Part shown: positions 39,230 to 51,009 of the stretch, piece by piece
Numbering within the stretch: position 1 is the stretch's first letter
How the letters are laid out: each line of letters starts with the position of its first letter
Source of the DNA: Tubulanus polymorphus
Taxonomy: Eukaryota > Animalia > Nemertea
Length of the DNA stretch: 64,000 nucleotides
Assembly (NCBI RefSeq): GCF_964204645.1
Contig: NC_134027.1
Location: 12,866,485-12,930,484, forward strand
Direction: 5' to 3'
Notes under the pieces: model-generated
Databases searched by the model: none
What the model saw: the letters and a program-made list of their open reading frames with translations, nothing else
What the model was told of the DNA's origin: nothing
Translations under genes and position numbers: made by a program

Positions 39230-41740
39230 TGTAGGCCTAACCCTCACTTGCCAGATGTTATTGGCCACAGTGTGGGTTCATTTTGGCGTCCAACGTGGGG
39301 CTGGGGAAATTAGTGTTTTCTAAATTAAGGGACTCAAATAATAAGCCACTTTAATTTTAGTAGCATTTGTCAGGTCGAAGAGTGTGCGCACACCCACACT
39401 CTGTGGCATCAAATGTTGTAGGGTATAATTGAATACTTTACTACCAATGACAAAGTAGAAGTCGAGTTAATTAGTTAGTTTATCAGTTCCGTTTAAATGT
39501 GACCAGGTTCGTGTAGGATTATATTAACGTGATAATCAGTTGTAGTACCTTAAGTACAGTGACCCGGATAAGGGTTTATTTACACTTTCTTTCTGGAAGT
39601 GTCTGTAGATTCTGAGCAGTCAGTCAGTTGAGATTTTGATAAGTTTTAGCATACGCACGAATCATTCATTAGCGACTGTCCAGTCCAAATCCTGAATTTA
39701 GATTTTTCGTTTCAAGTTAGAATTGACGGGTTCTCCAGCAGTGCTCGTGGTATCATTAGATACATTGATATTAGGGTTTATTATTGTTTTGATTAGGGTC
39801 TTGCCTCCATTCAAATGGATCCACAGGTTGAGGGCCAGGCAGCAGATGGCAACACGCCTTCAGTTGCATTTAATGAAAGGTGTTGAGTCAAGAGATTCTG
39901 CTCGTTTTCGGGGAAGAAAAATCCCCCAGGTAGTGAGATTATTATATAGCTGAATTGCTTCAGGAGAATGCGCATTTTGTTGCAGAGTCTGGGTCAGCTT
40001 CTGCATCCGTACGTAGTCTTGGTCATAGTGACGGCCACACCTTACTAAAGAAGTTTTACGACTGTATTCAAATTGCCGACGAAAGGGCCAGTCATTTTTT
40101 GCAGCCTTGTCTGACGCATCTGTGTCGGGCAAACGATGCAGTTGTGAGCGAGACAGACCATATCAACTGTCTCATTAGACAGTTTTGACTTGGCTGTCAG
40201 GATGACCAGACAAAACTTAAGTTGGACTCTGACATGAGTCCCTACGGAAAGTACCCATAACTCTTGCTCGCTATGAAGGCAAACCCCTGGACCCATTATT
40301 ATCTTCAGTGAGTGCCAGAGAGGGCTAAAGTTCCATATTAAGGGTATATAGAAGCAGGTGTAGAGTTGTTAGGTTGCACAGATTTAGATAAGAGTTATTC
40401 ATGAGTAGATGCTTTATTTTTAATATACCCCGATTCTGATCTATCTTTGACCACACCCATTTTATTAGGGACTAATATTCTGAAAAGGGCATTTTTTCGG
40501 ATAGATGGTAGGACTGTGACCAATGATCGCCTCTCAGGCATGGTCGATGCCATCAAGATGAGGGATAAATTTTACGACCCAGAGACGGGAAAGGCTGGTG
40601 AATTATTCACACTTAGCCATAGGCAGATAAGAATTATGCCGAATCAGACGGTGATGGTCGATTGCATTTCTCGATCAACACCTACAAAGGTGGAGTATCC
40701 CGCTTTAATCGACAATCGCCTGGACAGTGACCTACCTTGTGGTTTGCAAAAGCATAGTAGGCTTGTTACATCACCAGGGCGTGCGCGTTCACGTATCGTC
40801 CCAATCCGTAACTATTTAGATCACCCTGTGACCATCCCATCCAGAGCTCATGTAGCAGATTTATTCATACCTATGTGGATAAGATCGGTAGGAAAAGAGT
40901 CGTCGAAGACTGAGACCAACCCGGGCACAGTGTAATTCAGCGACCGCATGTCCAGCTTAACCACCGAAACCTAAATTGTGGAAGTTAGAACCGACCAATG
41001 TCCAAATAATGCTACGCAGTTTTTGCACCTTTTTCATCGAAGACGGTGTACTGTACAAGACGTCGACTCTTTTTGGAGAACAGTATAATCGATTAGTTGT
41101 TCCAGAGGGTACGCAGCACTGATGATATTCATGGGGTACACCATGAAGTTGGACACTTATCCTATGAATGCACACTCTCATTGGCTAAAGAGTGGTTTTA
41201 CTGGCCAAAAATGGAGTCAGCCATCGAGGCACACTGCAAAGAATGTCAGCCGCGCATCTTACGCAAAGCGCGTGATCCCAAGGCTGCTACGCTGCTCCAT
41301 TAAGAGTCAACAGGACCTATGGACTTGATCTGTATCGATTTTCTGTCATTAGAGCCTGACAGCTCGGGGAAACTGACATTTTGGTAGACACAGACCACTT
41401 TACGATTTGCCAAAGCTATTCCAACGAGAAACCAAATATCCCGACAAGTCCTTTGGAAGGAGTTTTTCCTAGACTTTTGATTTCCAAGGCAACTACACAG
41501 CGATAGGGGCCGGAGTTTCACTAGCCGACTGCGCAGTAAACTGCAACCGATAACCGGCGTGAAGCAATCCCTATCGAGTCCTTGGAAGCCTTCTTCCAAT
41601 GGACAATGTGAGCGTTTTAATCGAACGCTTCTTGGGATGTTAGGTACGTTAGAAGATGAGAAGGAGCAATGGTCGCGACACGTCAGATACCTGACGGAAG
41701 CATACAATTGCCCCCGGAGTGATGCGCCGGGTTACTTGCA
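39230..41740 (+). mobile_element. Degenerate Gypsy LTR retrotransposon (LTR end, PBS, PNMA-like gag remnant, protease/dUTPase-like region, integrase)
   Basis: PBS TGGCGTCCAACGTGGGGC at 39284-39301, one mismatch to the tRNA-Lys(CUU) complement, after ...TTCA. Motifs: FSG...P..E (gag), PILLGTN (protease end), HHEVGH...FYWPKM...C..C, ICIDF and NGQCERFNRTL (integrase). Many stops. Confidence 0.85.
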
Positions 41741-43985
41741 TAGTTCAAAAATGTGTAAAAAGTGCTGATTTTGGTAAACAATAATGGCTGCCAGTTGGCC
41801 ATCTTGCCAGGGCCAGTTTTTGGGTTGAAGATGCGTCTAGGGTACATACATTTGTTACCCAAATATCATGACATTACATTGAAGCATATTCAAAACTTCC
41901 CAAAATAACTGGATTCTGTCTACGGACGGATGGACGAACGGCAGACGAAAAGCGAACGCAAAAAGGCCTAATAGTTGCCACCCTGACAGGGTCTTGACAC
42001 AAAAGGATTTTGACTCCAGTATCCTAGGTGATGTAAATTTTAAAAAAAAAACAAACAAGGGAGCCAACTCTCCGTCAGATGGGTCGATAGGTATGTCACT
42101 TCAACAGTTCGTTACTTCGTTATTGACAGTCGAATCCGCTTCAAGTAAGATTATTCTTAAAGATAACAAATTTCTGCGTTAGACCGAGTGGTTTAAGAAA
42201 GATTTGAGTGCCTTAAAGATTGTTAAATCGTGCGATTAATCCAAAACAAGAAAATTAATTTTAAATATAGCTGCAAAGCAGCGATAACGGGTTTTCTGGA
42301 TGCATGTGATCGAAAGGAAAAATTAATTACCGGGTATTCGATGGAAAAATAAAATGAGATGATTTGGATATTATCGGAGCAATCCTCTTTTTGGTTGAAT
42401 GTTCTAACCCCAGTATAGTCCCCCGTGATTTGGAAATTCTCGGAGCCCTCCTTTATTTACTTACTAAATGACGTCACAAACTGTTATTTCGCCGGTGCTT
42501 GTTGTCTAACAATTCAATTCAATTCTTTATTTACAGTAACCTAATAAGTAATTTTAAGTTTCAAATAGGATGGATAGTACATTAAGACAATCTGTTGGTT
42601 CAGAGAGACCGTTATTACAGTATCAATTTATACAATTCGTAATCTATACATGCCGAATCTGAATGAAGATGAATTCTATTTGACGAAATCGGCGGAAAAT
42701 ATATAATAATAATAATCAACAGAATTTCAAGAGGGTTTTCGACGAAAGTCAGAAAACCCTAATAACCGACACCTGCGATAATAATGTAGAATTTCTGGGA
42801 TAAGCTAATGTAGAATTGCAAATGTGAAATAGAAGTTTTAAGAAATTTGGGGAATTAAGAGATTTGGCGATTGCTTAGATGATACAGCCTGTCTTTGACT
42901 GCGGTAGTAGTGGTTTAATTTGTTGAAAATTGTCAATAAATGATAACTTGCGACCAACTTCATTCACTTATGCCTCTAAGCTGGTCTGCAACTAATGCCT
43001 CCATGGTTGAAGAAAGAGCTCTTCTGATGTCTGCTTCATCATGACTTCGAGCATATCGTGTAGCCAGCCGGCCCGGTCCCGGTTTGGCTGTCACTCGATA
43101 TCGAGTCTGGGTTGAAGTAAACATTGCCATTCAAAATAACTCGTCTATGTTATTCTGTATGAATTAGCAGTGTGTCATGTATGTTGTATTTTCTTATTTC
43201 AAAATTGTAACTTTATTGAATTTGGGAATTTTATCCCAGAATTTCAATGTAATAAGGATTAATAAAGAATTGAATTGTTACCAAATACACATGCCATCAG
43301 AGGATGCGGAGCCATATATGACAATTATGCTATATAAATTGCTAATCTCATGAAACCTGCATAGGCCTACCCCTAATACCGAACATATTTGAAACATTTG
43401 AAACCTAAAACATTTATAGGCCTATATTGAAATTATGATTTCACATTTTCATATTGACCGCTTCTAGCTGCTGATGAAATTGATGCCGGCCCTACACAGA
43501 TTGTAGATAGCTTTGCCATTCCGCCAGCATCCCCCATGTCAAGGTCTGACTTTTATATCGCACTTCCGCACCGACATTTAACCGAATAATCCAATTTACT
43601 TATCATTTCAATTTATGCCTGCCGCTTCTGATATAATCATATATCCTTTAGGCTACTATTACAATACGTCTTCTCATGATATTCAATGCAATATAACACT
43701 TCGACGTTCAAACAGAGCTCATTATATAATCACAGGGAGCCATTCTACAACTTTGTCAATAATATATTGCCAAATAGCTTGTATGTATACACATAGACCT
43801 GTGACGTTTTGCACATCGATTTACATTTGTCGTTTGTAAAATGACGCTGAATGGTTAACATTGTTTAGGTTTCATATTGGTAACGTTTTTTAAGGCGTCA
43901 AAAAGTCGGCAGATTCAGAAGTGCTTAGAAGTTCAGGGTCCAATTTTTCCAAAAAGCCCTTGTTGGTAAAAATCGGTTTAGAATT

Positions 43986-44391
43986 GGAAGTGGTTATTTA
44001 GCCTGATCCGGTTATGGACTTTTAAAAGATATTTTGCCGGATCCATATATTATATAACAACAAAATCTTTTTATTGGGTTCAGGGTTAGGGTTTCGATAG
44101 GGTTAGTGTCAAGAGGGTGAGAAAAGGGTCCCGTTTCACAACTAGGATAGGGTTGGGAGGCTACATGTAGTTAAAACTTGGTGGTTTAGTGGAGAGACGC
44201 TGCACTAGTAATTTGCTGGCCCCGGTTCGAGTCTCGCTTTATCCGCTCTTATTTTCTGAAACTCTGTTCTCCACACTTCCTTTGAATTTTCTAAGTCGCG
44301 ATGCTCTCTGAGTAAATCAGACAATTAGAGACGATATCCGGCAAAATATCCTACGGAGCCGGTGACGGGATCCGGCTAAATAACCACATCC
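43986..44391. mobile_element. MULE-type MITE with 9-bp TSD
   Basis: TIR GGA(A/T)GTGGTTATTTAGCC; TSD TTTAGAATT at 43977-43985 and 44392-44400. Confidence 0.85.
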
Positions 44392-44917
44392 TTTAGAATT
44401 ACTGGTCGAAAGCACTTTTTTTTTTTCTTCAAAAATCATGGTCATTTTTACTTCCAGGCGATTTTGCCGATTTTATCGGATAAATCGATGATTAACGATC
44501 TAAAGGCACTTAGGCCTAAATCTTTCTCAAACCACTCGGTCCAACGCAGAAATTCGCTATCTTTTGTTTAAGAATAATCTTACCTGTGAAGTGGATCGGA
44601 TTATTGATAACGAAAGAACTGTTGAAGTGACATATAGGCTACCTATCAACCCACCTGACGGAGAGAATACTTTCGCGTCAAGTCCCTGAGGCCTACCTTG
44701 TTTATTAATATACAGGGGTACTCCGGTTGGTCAATTGATTTTATTCATTGAAGTGTTACTTTTTTCAACCGTGTTTTGGTCCTTGTCATCCCTAACATTG
44801 GTATAAGCCCATCCAATTAAAAAACCTAACCACCAACGATTAGGCCTAGGTAACTAACTAAGTTCACCCCCAAACTTCAAATACGAGCCCCTGTGGGTGA
44901 GAAGAGGTGAGAGAGTT

Positions 44918-45233
44918 GTGCCAGCCAGAAAGTTGGGACAGTCACGTGACATTCTGATGATGTCATCACATTTAAAACTTCAACATGTAAAGTTCACATA
45001 TTCACAGACCAATATCAATTGTCAGATTATGCTTCATACGAAATTAATAACTTAGCCTATAAAGATAAATTATGATCACATATATAATGCATAGACAAAA
45101 AATGCATTTGAATGTAAGTTATTCTCAAATATTTTTCGTATCATAGTTTCCATCTTAGCTTCAGGAACGCGTTCAGTCAAATAAGAAGCATTAGGCCTAA
45201 GTCACGTGACTGTCCCAACTTTCTGGCTGGCAC
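44918..45233. mobile_element. Small MITE with 33-bp perfect inverted repeat
   Basis: gtgccagccagaaagttgggacagtcacgtgac at 44918-44950 and its exact reverse complement at 45201-45233. Confidence 0.8.
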
Positions 45234-46299
45234 GACTTGAACTGCGTTTCAATTCAATCCCTTAAGATTTTATATAGAAAAGCGTTGCGAACGTCTGATA
45301 ATGATCCTTAACGACCAATTTTTTATCGGAACTTTATAGCGGATAAATATCCGTGATATTTTGAATTTATTCGCAGTTCATATTTAGCACCATTCTCGCG
45401 AGATTATCAACAACCCGGAAATAAAATCCAGGCTCATCGCCAAACCCCTGTGCACTAACCCTATCGAAACCTTAACCCTAAACCCAATATAATGATTTTT
45501 TTTTTATAGACGGTAAAATAGCGGAAGTAGGCCTAAATATTTTACCGTATACCGGTTAAATATGCACTTGATCGAAATAATAACCTAAAAATAGTACATG
45601 AGAAAGGCCTAACTCGACTGCTTTGATCTTACCCAATAGATAAAATGACACGATGATTAACAGTTGGCAATAAACACTAACAGGTAAAAGTCGACCATGT
45701 GTGGTGACGCAATACACGACTTTTCTACCGTTCTCTGCAGTCGGGAACCGGTCATGTAAGGTTCCGTACACACGCAAATACGGTACACGAAGAATGTGAA
45801 GTCCCAAACTCGCAAATTGTTACCGAGCGAAACGACGAATATATATAACTCACGAGGGCTCCGCAGTTTAATCGTTGGTGGTAAGCTTTTTTGACGCCTT
45901 ATAAAACGTTACCATTATGAAACCTGAGCAATGTTAACCATCAGGGTCATTTTACAAATCACAACCGTAAATCGATCTGCAAAACGTCACAGGTCTATGT
46001 TTACATATACAATTTCAATGCAATTCAATAACTTTATTGTTCCTTAATGTTACATAACATCATTGGTAGAAGTACAATAAAGCAATACACAGCACAAAAA
46101 TATAGAAAGTGTAATACAAAGAACACAACAAACAAACAAACAAAAACGAGCACAAGAAGAGACCGGTAGGGTATATACATACAATGCAATTAGACTGGTT
46201 GCGGGTCTCTACCTTCAGTCAGAGACCGGCAGACTGGTCGCCTGTCCAATTCTGCGCCACCTGCATTCGCAGTCAGAATAGGACAGGTTTAACAGGTTT

Positions 46300-49200
46300 T
46301 AATATAACAATACAGAATTAAACCTAACTCCGCTTCTCAACGATCAGGATCCAAATCTATCTCTAAATCTAAATAGTTCACCTTACTACGACCTTGAATC
46401 TTTGAATCTATCCTATCTTAATGATTCCGACTTCAATATCCTTAGCTGGAACTGTAATGGTATTCTAGGCAAACTAAACGAACTTCAAAATCTCCTAAAT
46501 ATACTTGAAACCAAAAATGAAATACTTTTTGATGCAATAGCCATACAAGAGACTAAACAAAACTCCACAACAGAATCACTAATAAATCTTCAAAACTACA
46601 ACTTCATATCAGATTGCAGAGACTCCCATGGAGGTGGGATAGGACTATTCCTTTCAAAAAACTTTCAGTATAAAGAATGCACACTCATTAACAAACCAAC
46701 AACAGACCAAAACACACACTTTCAATGGAAATTCATCAAAATATGGAAACATAATAAAAAGCACATACAAAAAATAATAGGAATTATCTACAAACCCCCA
46801 GCATCAAATTCACTTAACTTTCTTCAGGCTTTTGAAAATGAAATTGCTAAATTAAAATCCATCAACTCAGAAATACTTATTTGTGGTGACTTTAACATCG
46901 ATCTTATCAAATCAACTCAAAATCCACAAAGTTCCCGATTTTTTGAAATTATGACCACAAACTCATTGACTCCTTCCTCTTATCACGTTACCAACTAGGG
47001 TAACTCATCGAAGTGCACCTCTAATAGACAATATCTTCACCAATTCACACAACAACTATCACTCGGGTATCTTAACTACACCACTCTCGGATCATTTTTT
47101 CACATTCGCTTGCAGTCTATCCAAAAAACAAACAAATAATAGCAAGACCTCCAACACAAAACAGATAATCAACGAACAAGGAATGAAAAACATTTGTGAA
47201 AAACTAAGAACAACTTATTTCCAAGCACTCCTTCACGATGATGACACCCCAATTAACGATGCCTTTGAATCTTTCTCTTCGACTATTAATCATATTATTG
47301 GATCTGAAACAATAACCAAGAAATTCAAACACAATAAATACAACACACCCACAAATCCTTGGATAACGAAAGGTATAATTCAATCAATATACAACAAAGA
47401 CAAAAAAATATAAACATTTACTCTCGATAAAAAACCCTACTCTTCAAATAGTTGAAAGAACAACTTTAAAATCTATAAAAATAAACTTAACTCTATTATC
47501 AGAGCAGCAAAAAAACAGCACTATCAAAAATCTTTAGAATCTGCAAATGGTAACATCAAAAACACATGGAAAATCTTAAAAGAAATAATCAACAAAACAA
47601 ACAACAAGCAAGACATCACACACTCATTCAAAATCAATAACACTGATACAGACGACCCAGCAGTAATCGCTAACTCTTTCAACAGTCACTTCAACAAGAT
47701 TGGCGAAACCTTGGCTAACAATTTACCTAAGCCCCAGTTTTCATCAGACTTTTACCTAAATAAAGTGCCCAAATCTAATTCAAATTTGTTCCTCTCACCA
47801 GTTTGTGAACAAGATGTCATAGAAGTTGTAAGGAATCTTAAACAAAAACACTCATCTGGCCAAGATAACATTTCAACGCATACATTAAAACAAATCATTA
47901 ACTATATCTCTTGTCCTCTCACACACCTTATCAATCAATCTCTCAAAACAGGGGTTTTTCCATATCATCTTAAAACAGCCAAAATAATTCCCCTACACAA
48001 AAATGATGAGAAGGATCTAGTTAAAAACTATCGACCAATATCGCTACTCAACTCTATATCAAAAATATACGAAAAACTCGTTCACCAAAAACTCTCAAAA
48101 TTCATTGAAAAACAAATATTCCCAAATCAATATGGTTTTCGACCAAACCACTCTACGGAACATGCCATTCTTGAACTTATCGACAGAATTACAAATTCCT
48201 TAGATAACCACAATTGGACCATTGGTATTTTTTTAGACCTCTCCAAAGCTTTCGACACCCTGAACCACAAAATTCTACTCAAAAAGCTTGAACATTACGG
48301 TATTCGAGGAACAGCCTTAAATTGGTTTTCCTCTTATCTTTCTGACAGGCAACACTACGTTTCATTTAATTCTTCAACCTCTTCAACACTCTTCACAAAT
48401 ATAGGCGTCCCCCAAGGCGCCATCCTTGGCCCACTCTTATTCCTCGTATACATCAATGACATCTACCGCGCGCTGTACTGACCATTTAAACTACATTCTA
48501 TTCGCAGACGACACAAATTGCATCTCATCTCATAAGAACCTCAACACTCTCGCACAAAATGTTAATACTGATCTCTTAAAATTAAATGACTGGCTTCTAG
48601 CCAACAGATTAACAACTAATCATACAAAAACTAAATACATTATATTTCATAACTACCAAAGAAAACCGTACTTGCATCACAATTTTCACATCAAATTAGG
48701 CGATACCGTTATAGAACGAGTAAAGCAAACAGACTTCCTAGGTCTAACGATACACGAAAATCTCAATTGGAAACCACACATCGAAAAAATACACAAAAAA
48801 ATCTCTCGGATCACTGGAATAATAAACAAAACCAAGAACATACTTGACTATCAACACCTTGTTACACTTTACTATACGCTCATATATCCTCACCTAACCT
48901 ACGGGCTACTAGCATGGGGTCACTCGCAACACAACAACAAATGCCTACTCGTCCAGAAGAAAATTGTCAGAATCATAACCAAATCAAATTATACCGCCCA
49001 CTCTGATCCTCTCTTCAAAAAGTTAAACATTCTCAAAATAAACGACATCCTCATACAAAAAACCACCATATTCATCCATCAAACTTTACTATTGTCACCA
49101 CATCATTTCAAAAACATCTTTACCATTGAAAAGCTTTCTCCCACTATCAACACCTACAAAAGCATTCAACATGATCACACATATTGTCTACCTCTAAATC

Positions 49201-49705
49201 AACCAAATACAAGCACTAAATCTTTCTCAAAAATTTTCTCAATTTGGGAAAACCTTCCCTTCTCAATGCAAATGCTGCACATGAATAAACATACTCTTAA
49301 ACGCCATTTTAAGTCACATCTCACCTCCAAATACAATACGAACATAATCTGCAACAACCCAACCTGTTACAATTGCTCCAAATTTGCCATTACATCAACT
49401 TAGCGTCTCATTATTATAACAATACAAGTATTCCCTAAACCATTCTACTGTACTTATAAATTCTCTCAAGCGCGAGCTCATCTGTTCCTTTTTTCTCTCT
49501 GTCTTCTTCTTTATTCTCTCTCTCTTTCATTGGGTGCCTGCGTTAGCGGCCTTTAAGGCTTTGCAAGGCCCACATGGAAAAGCGCGCTATAACATTTGTA
49601 ATTCTTTTTTTATTTTCTCGTTCTTTTTTTTAAAATTTGTTTAGCTTTCTTATGATTTGATTGTTCTGCTTTTCCGTGAAATAAATATTGAATTGAATTG
49701 GATTG
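46300..49705 (+). mobile_element. CR1-group LINE (APE endonuclease plus reverse transcriptase), frameshifted
   Basis: SWNCNG, IQET, GDFNID, PTRVT..S..LIDNIF, NYRPISLL, QYGFR, FLDLSKAFD, GVPQG, FADDT. Frameshifts near 46970, 47410 and 48470; 3' aataaa followed by (ttgaa)n tail. Confidence 0.93.
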
Positions 49706-51009
49706 AACCCGTCCGCCATCTTCTGCGGAATATACGGATCCAATCAGATTTCAGTATTTCATCACGTGAACAATGTAACATGGCGCCTCCAGAGTGTCTC
49801 GATTTACGTTCCATGGACCTCTTAAAAGTCGGTTTTTACATCAATGGAAGAAAGAAACTAGACCAAAACTATCAGGTAACGCTTCTGCGAGAAGCTGTAC
49901 TGCGTTTGGCCTCGAAGATATCGACATACAAGGCAGTATGTCTCCGTTACAGCACCATCAAAATCTACCCTGCTCAAAGGAACGGTCGTCAATCGACAAC
50001 AATACCAACGAACTTGAGATGGAATAACCAATTTCTTCTGGCTGACTTACTGGACTGAACGGGCCATGCAGCAGAGGCCACGACACCGGCAATTTGTTTG
50101 TTCACTTAAGATGACTGATTGATTATGTTGAATGTGACACTAGATATTAGCAGTCAATTCAGTGTGGTGAAAATATTACTATTAGCCTATACGACAGGTA
50201 ACTTCACTACTACTGTCTGTCACACCTACTCTCCGTGCGACGTTTTGGTCCTTAATTTCGTTAATAATCGGTTTATCTGCATTTATTACGCATCAATTTG
50301 TTCAGTGAGGAATTTGCATTCAGAAATAAACAACAATTTTCACTAAAGTGGTTTTTGTTTTCATTTATGAGCGATAGTCTACTCAGCATACGCTCGCGTA
50401 ATGCTGAAAAACCCCATTTAGGTCTGTCTGCAGAGTTTCCAGAACTTGACATGACAGGTCTGACCTGTCATGTCAGGTCCCGAAAAAACCCAAACTCATG
50501 ACAATATTTGACGAAACGGCGAAATATCTAGACATGTGCTAGACGAATGGAAGATCACTTTGAGTTGAATGAATATTCTGACCCGTCGTTAATATCGACA
50601 ATGATTCAACAATAACGATAAGGAAATTGTTCTGACAAATAATTCATTTGAAAGGTTGATTTATAAGAAGAAAATATTTATGTGTAAACTATGACTTATT
50701 TCTGTATTTAAGGGAAAAAAATAAGTTTTAATTTAGTAGATGAATTAATTAATGTAGAAGTAAGAGCACATTATAAGAGAATATTTTAGCTAGATGAATC
50801 GAGGTCTTAATATTTCGTTTCCGCAATAAGACACTGAAAATTATCTGCTCACTATCACAGTTCGGCAACACTCCTCACTGTCATCAGTCATGAAGTCTCA
50901 CTATTTATATTCATTGTCTTTATGATGTACATGTAAAAGAGCCGAATGCAATATAGAAACTGATTTTATTGAGACTGATTTTAAATCTACTCATCAATTT
51001 AAAGCATGA

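Noticed and set aside
44575-44665. Strong minus-strand donor CAG|GTAAG as IARS1 exon 1
   Set aside because: It lies inside a repeat that has an inverted copy at 42068-42230; not excluded, but unsupported.
46011-46220. 5' inversion (twin priming) of the adjacent LINE
   Set aside because: It looks like a minus-strand LINE tail (aataaa plus ttgaa), but I saw no match to the 3' UTR at 49400-49700, so it is more likely a separate insertion.
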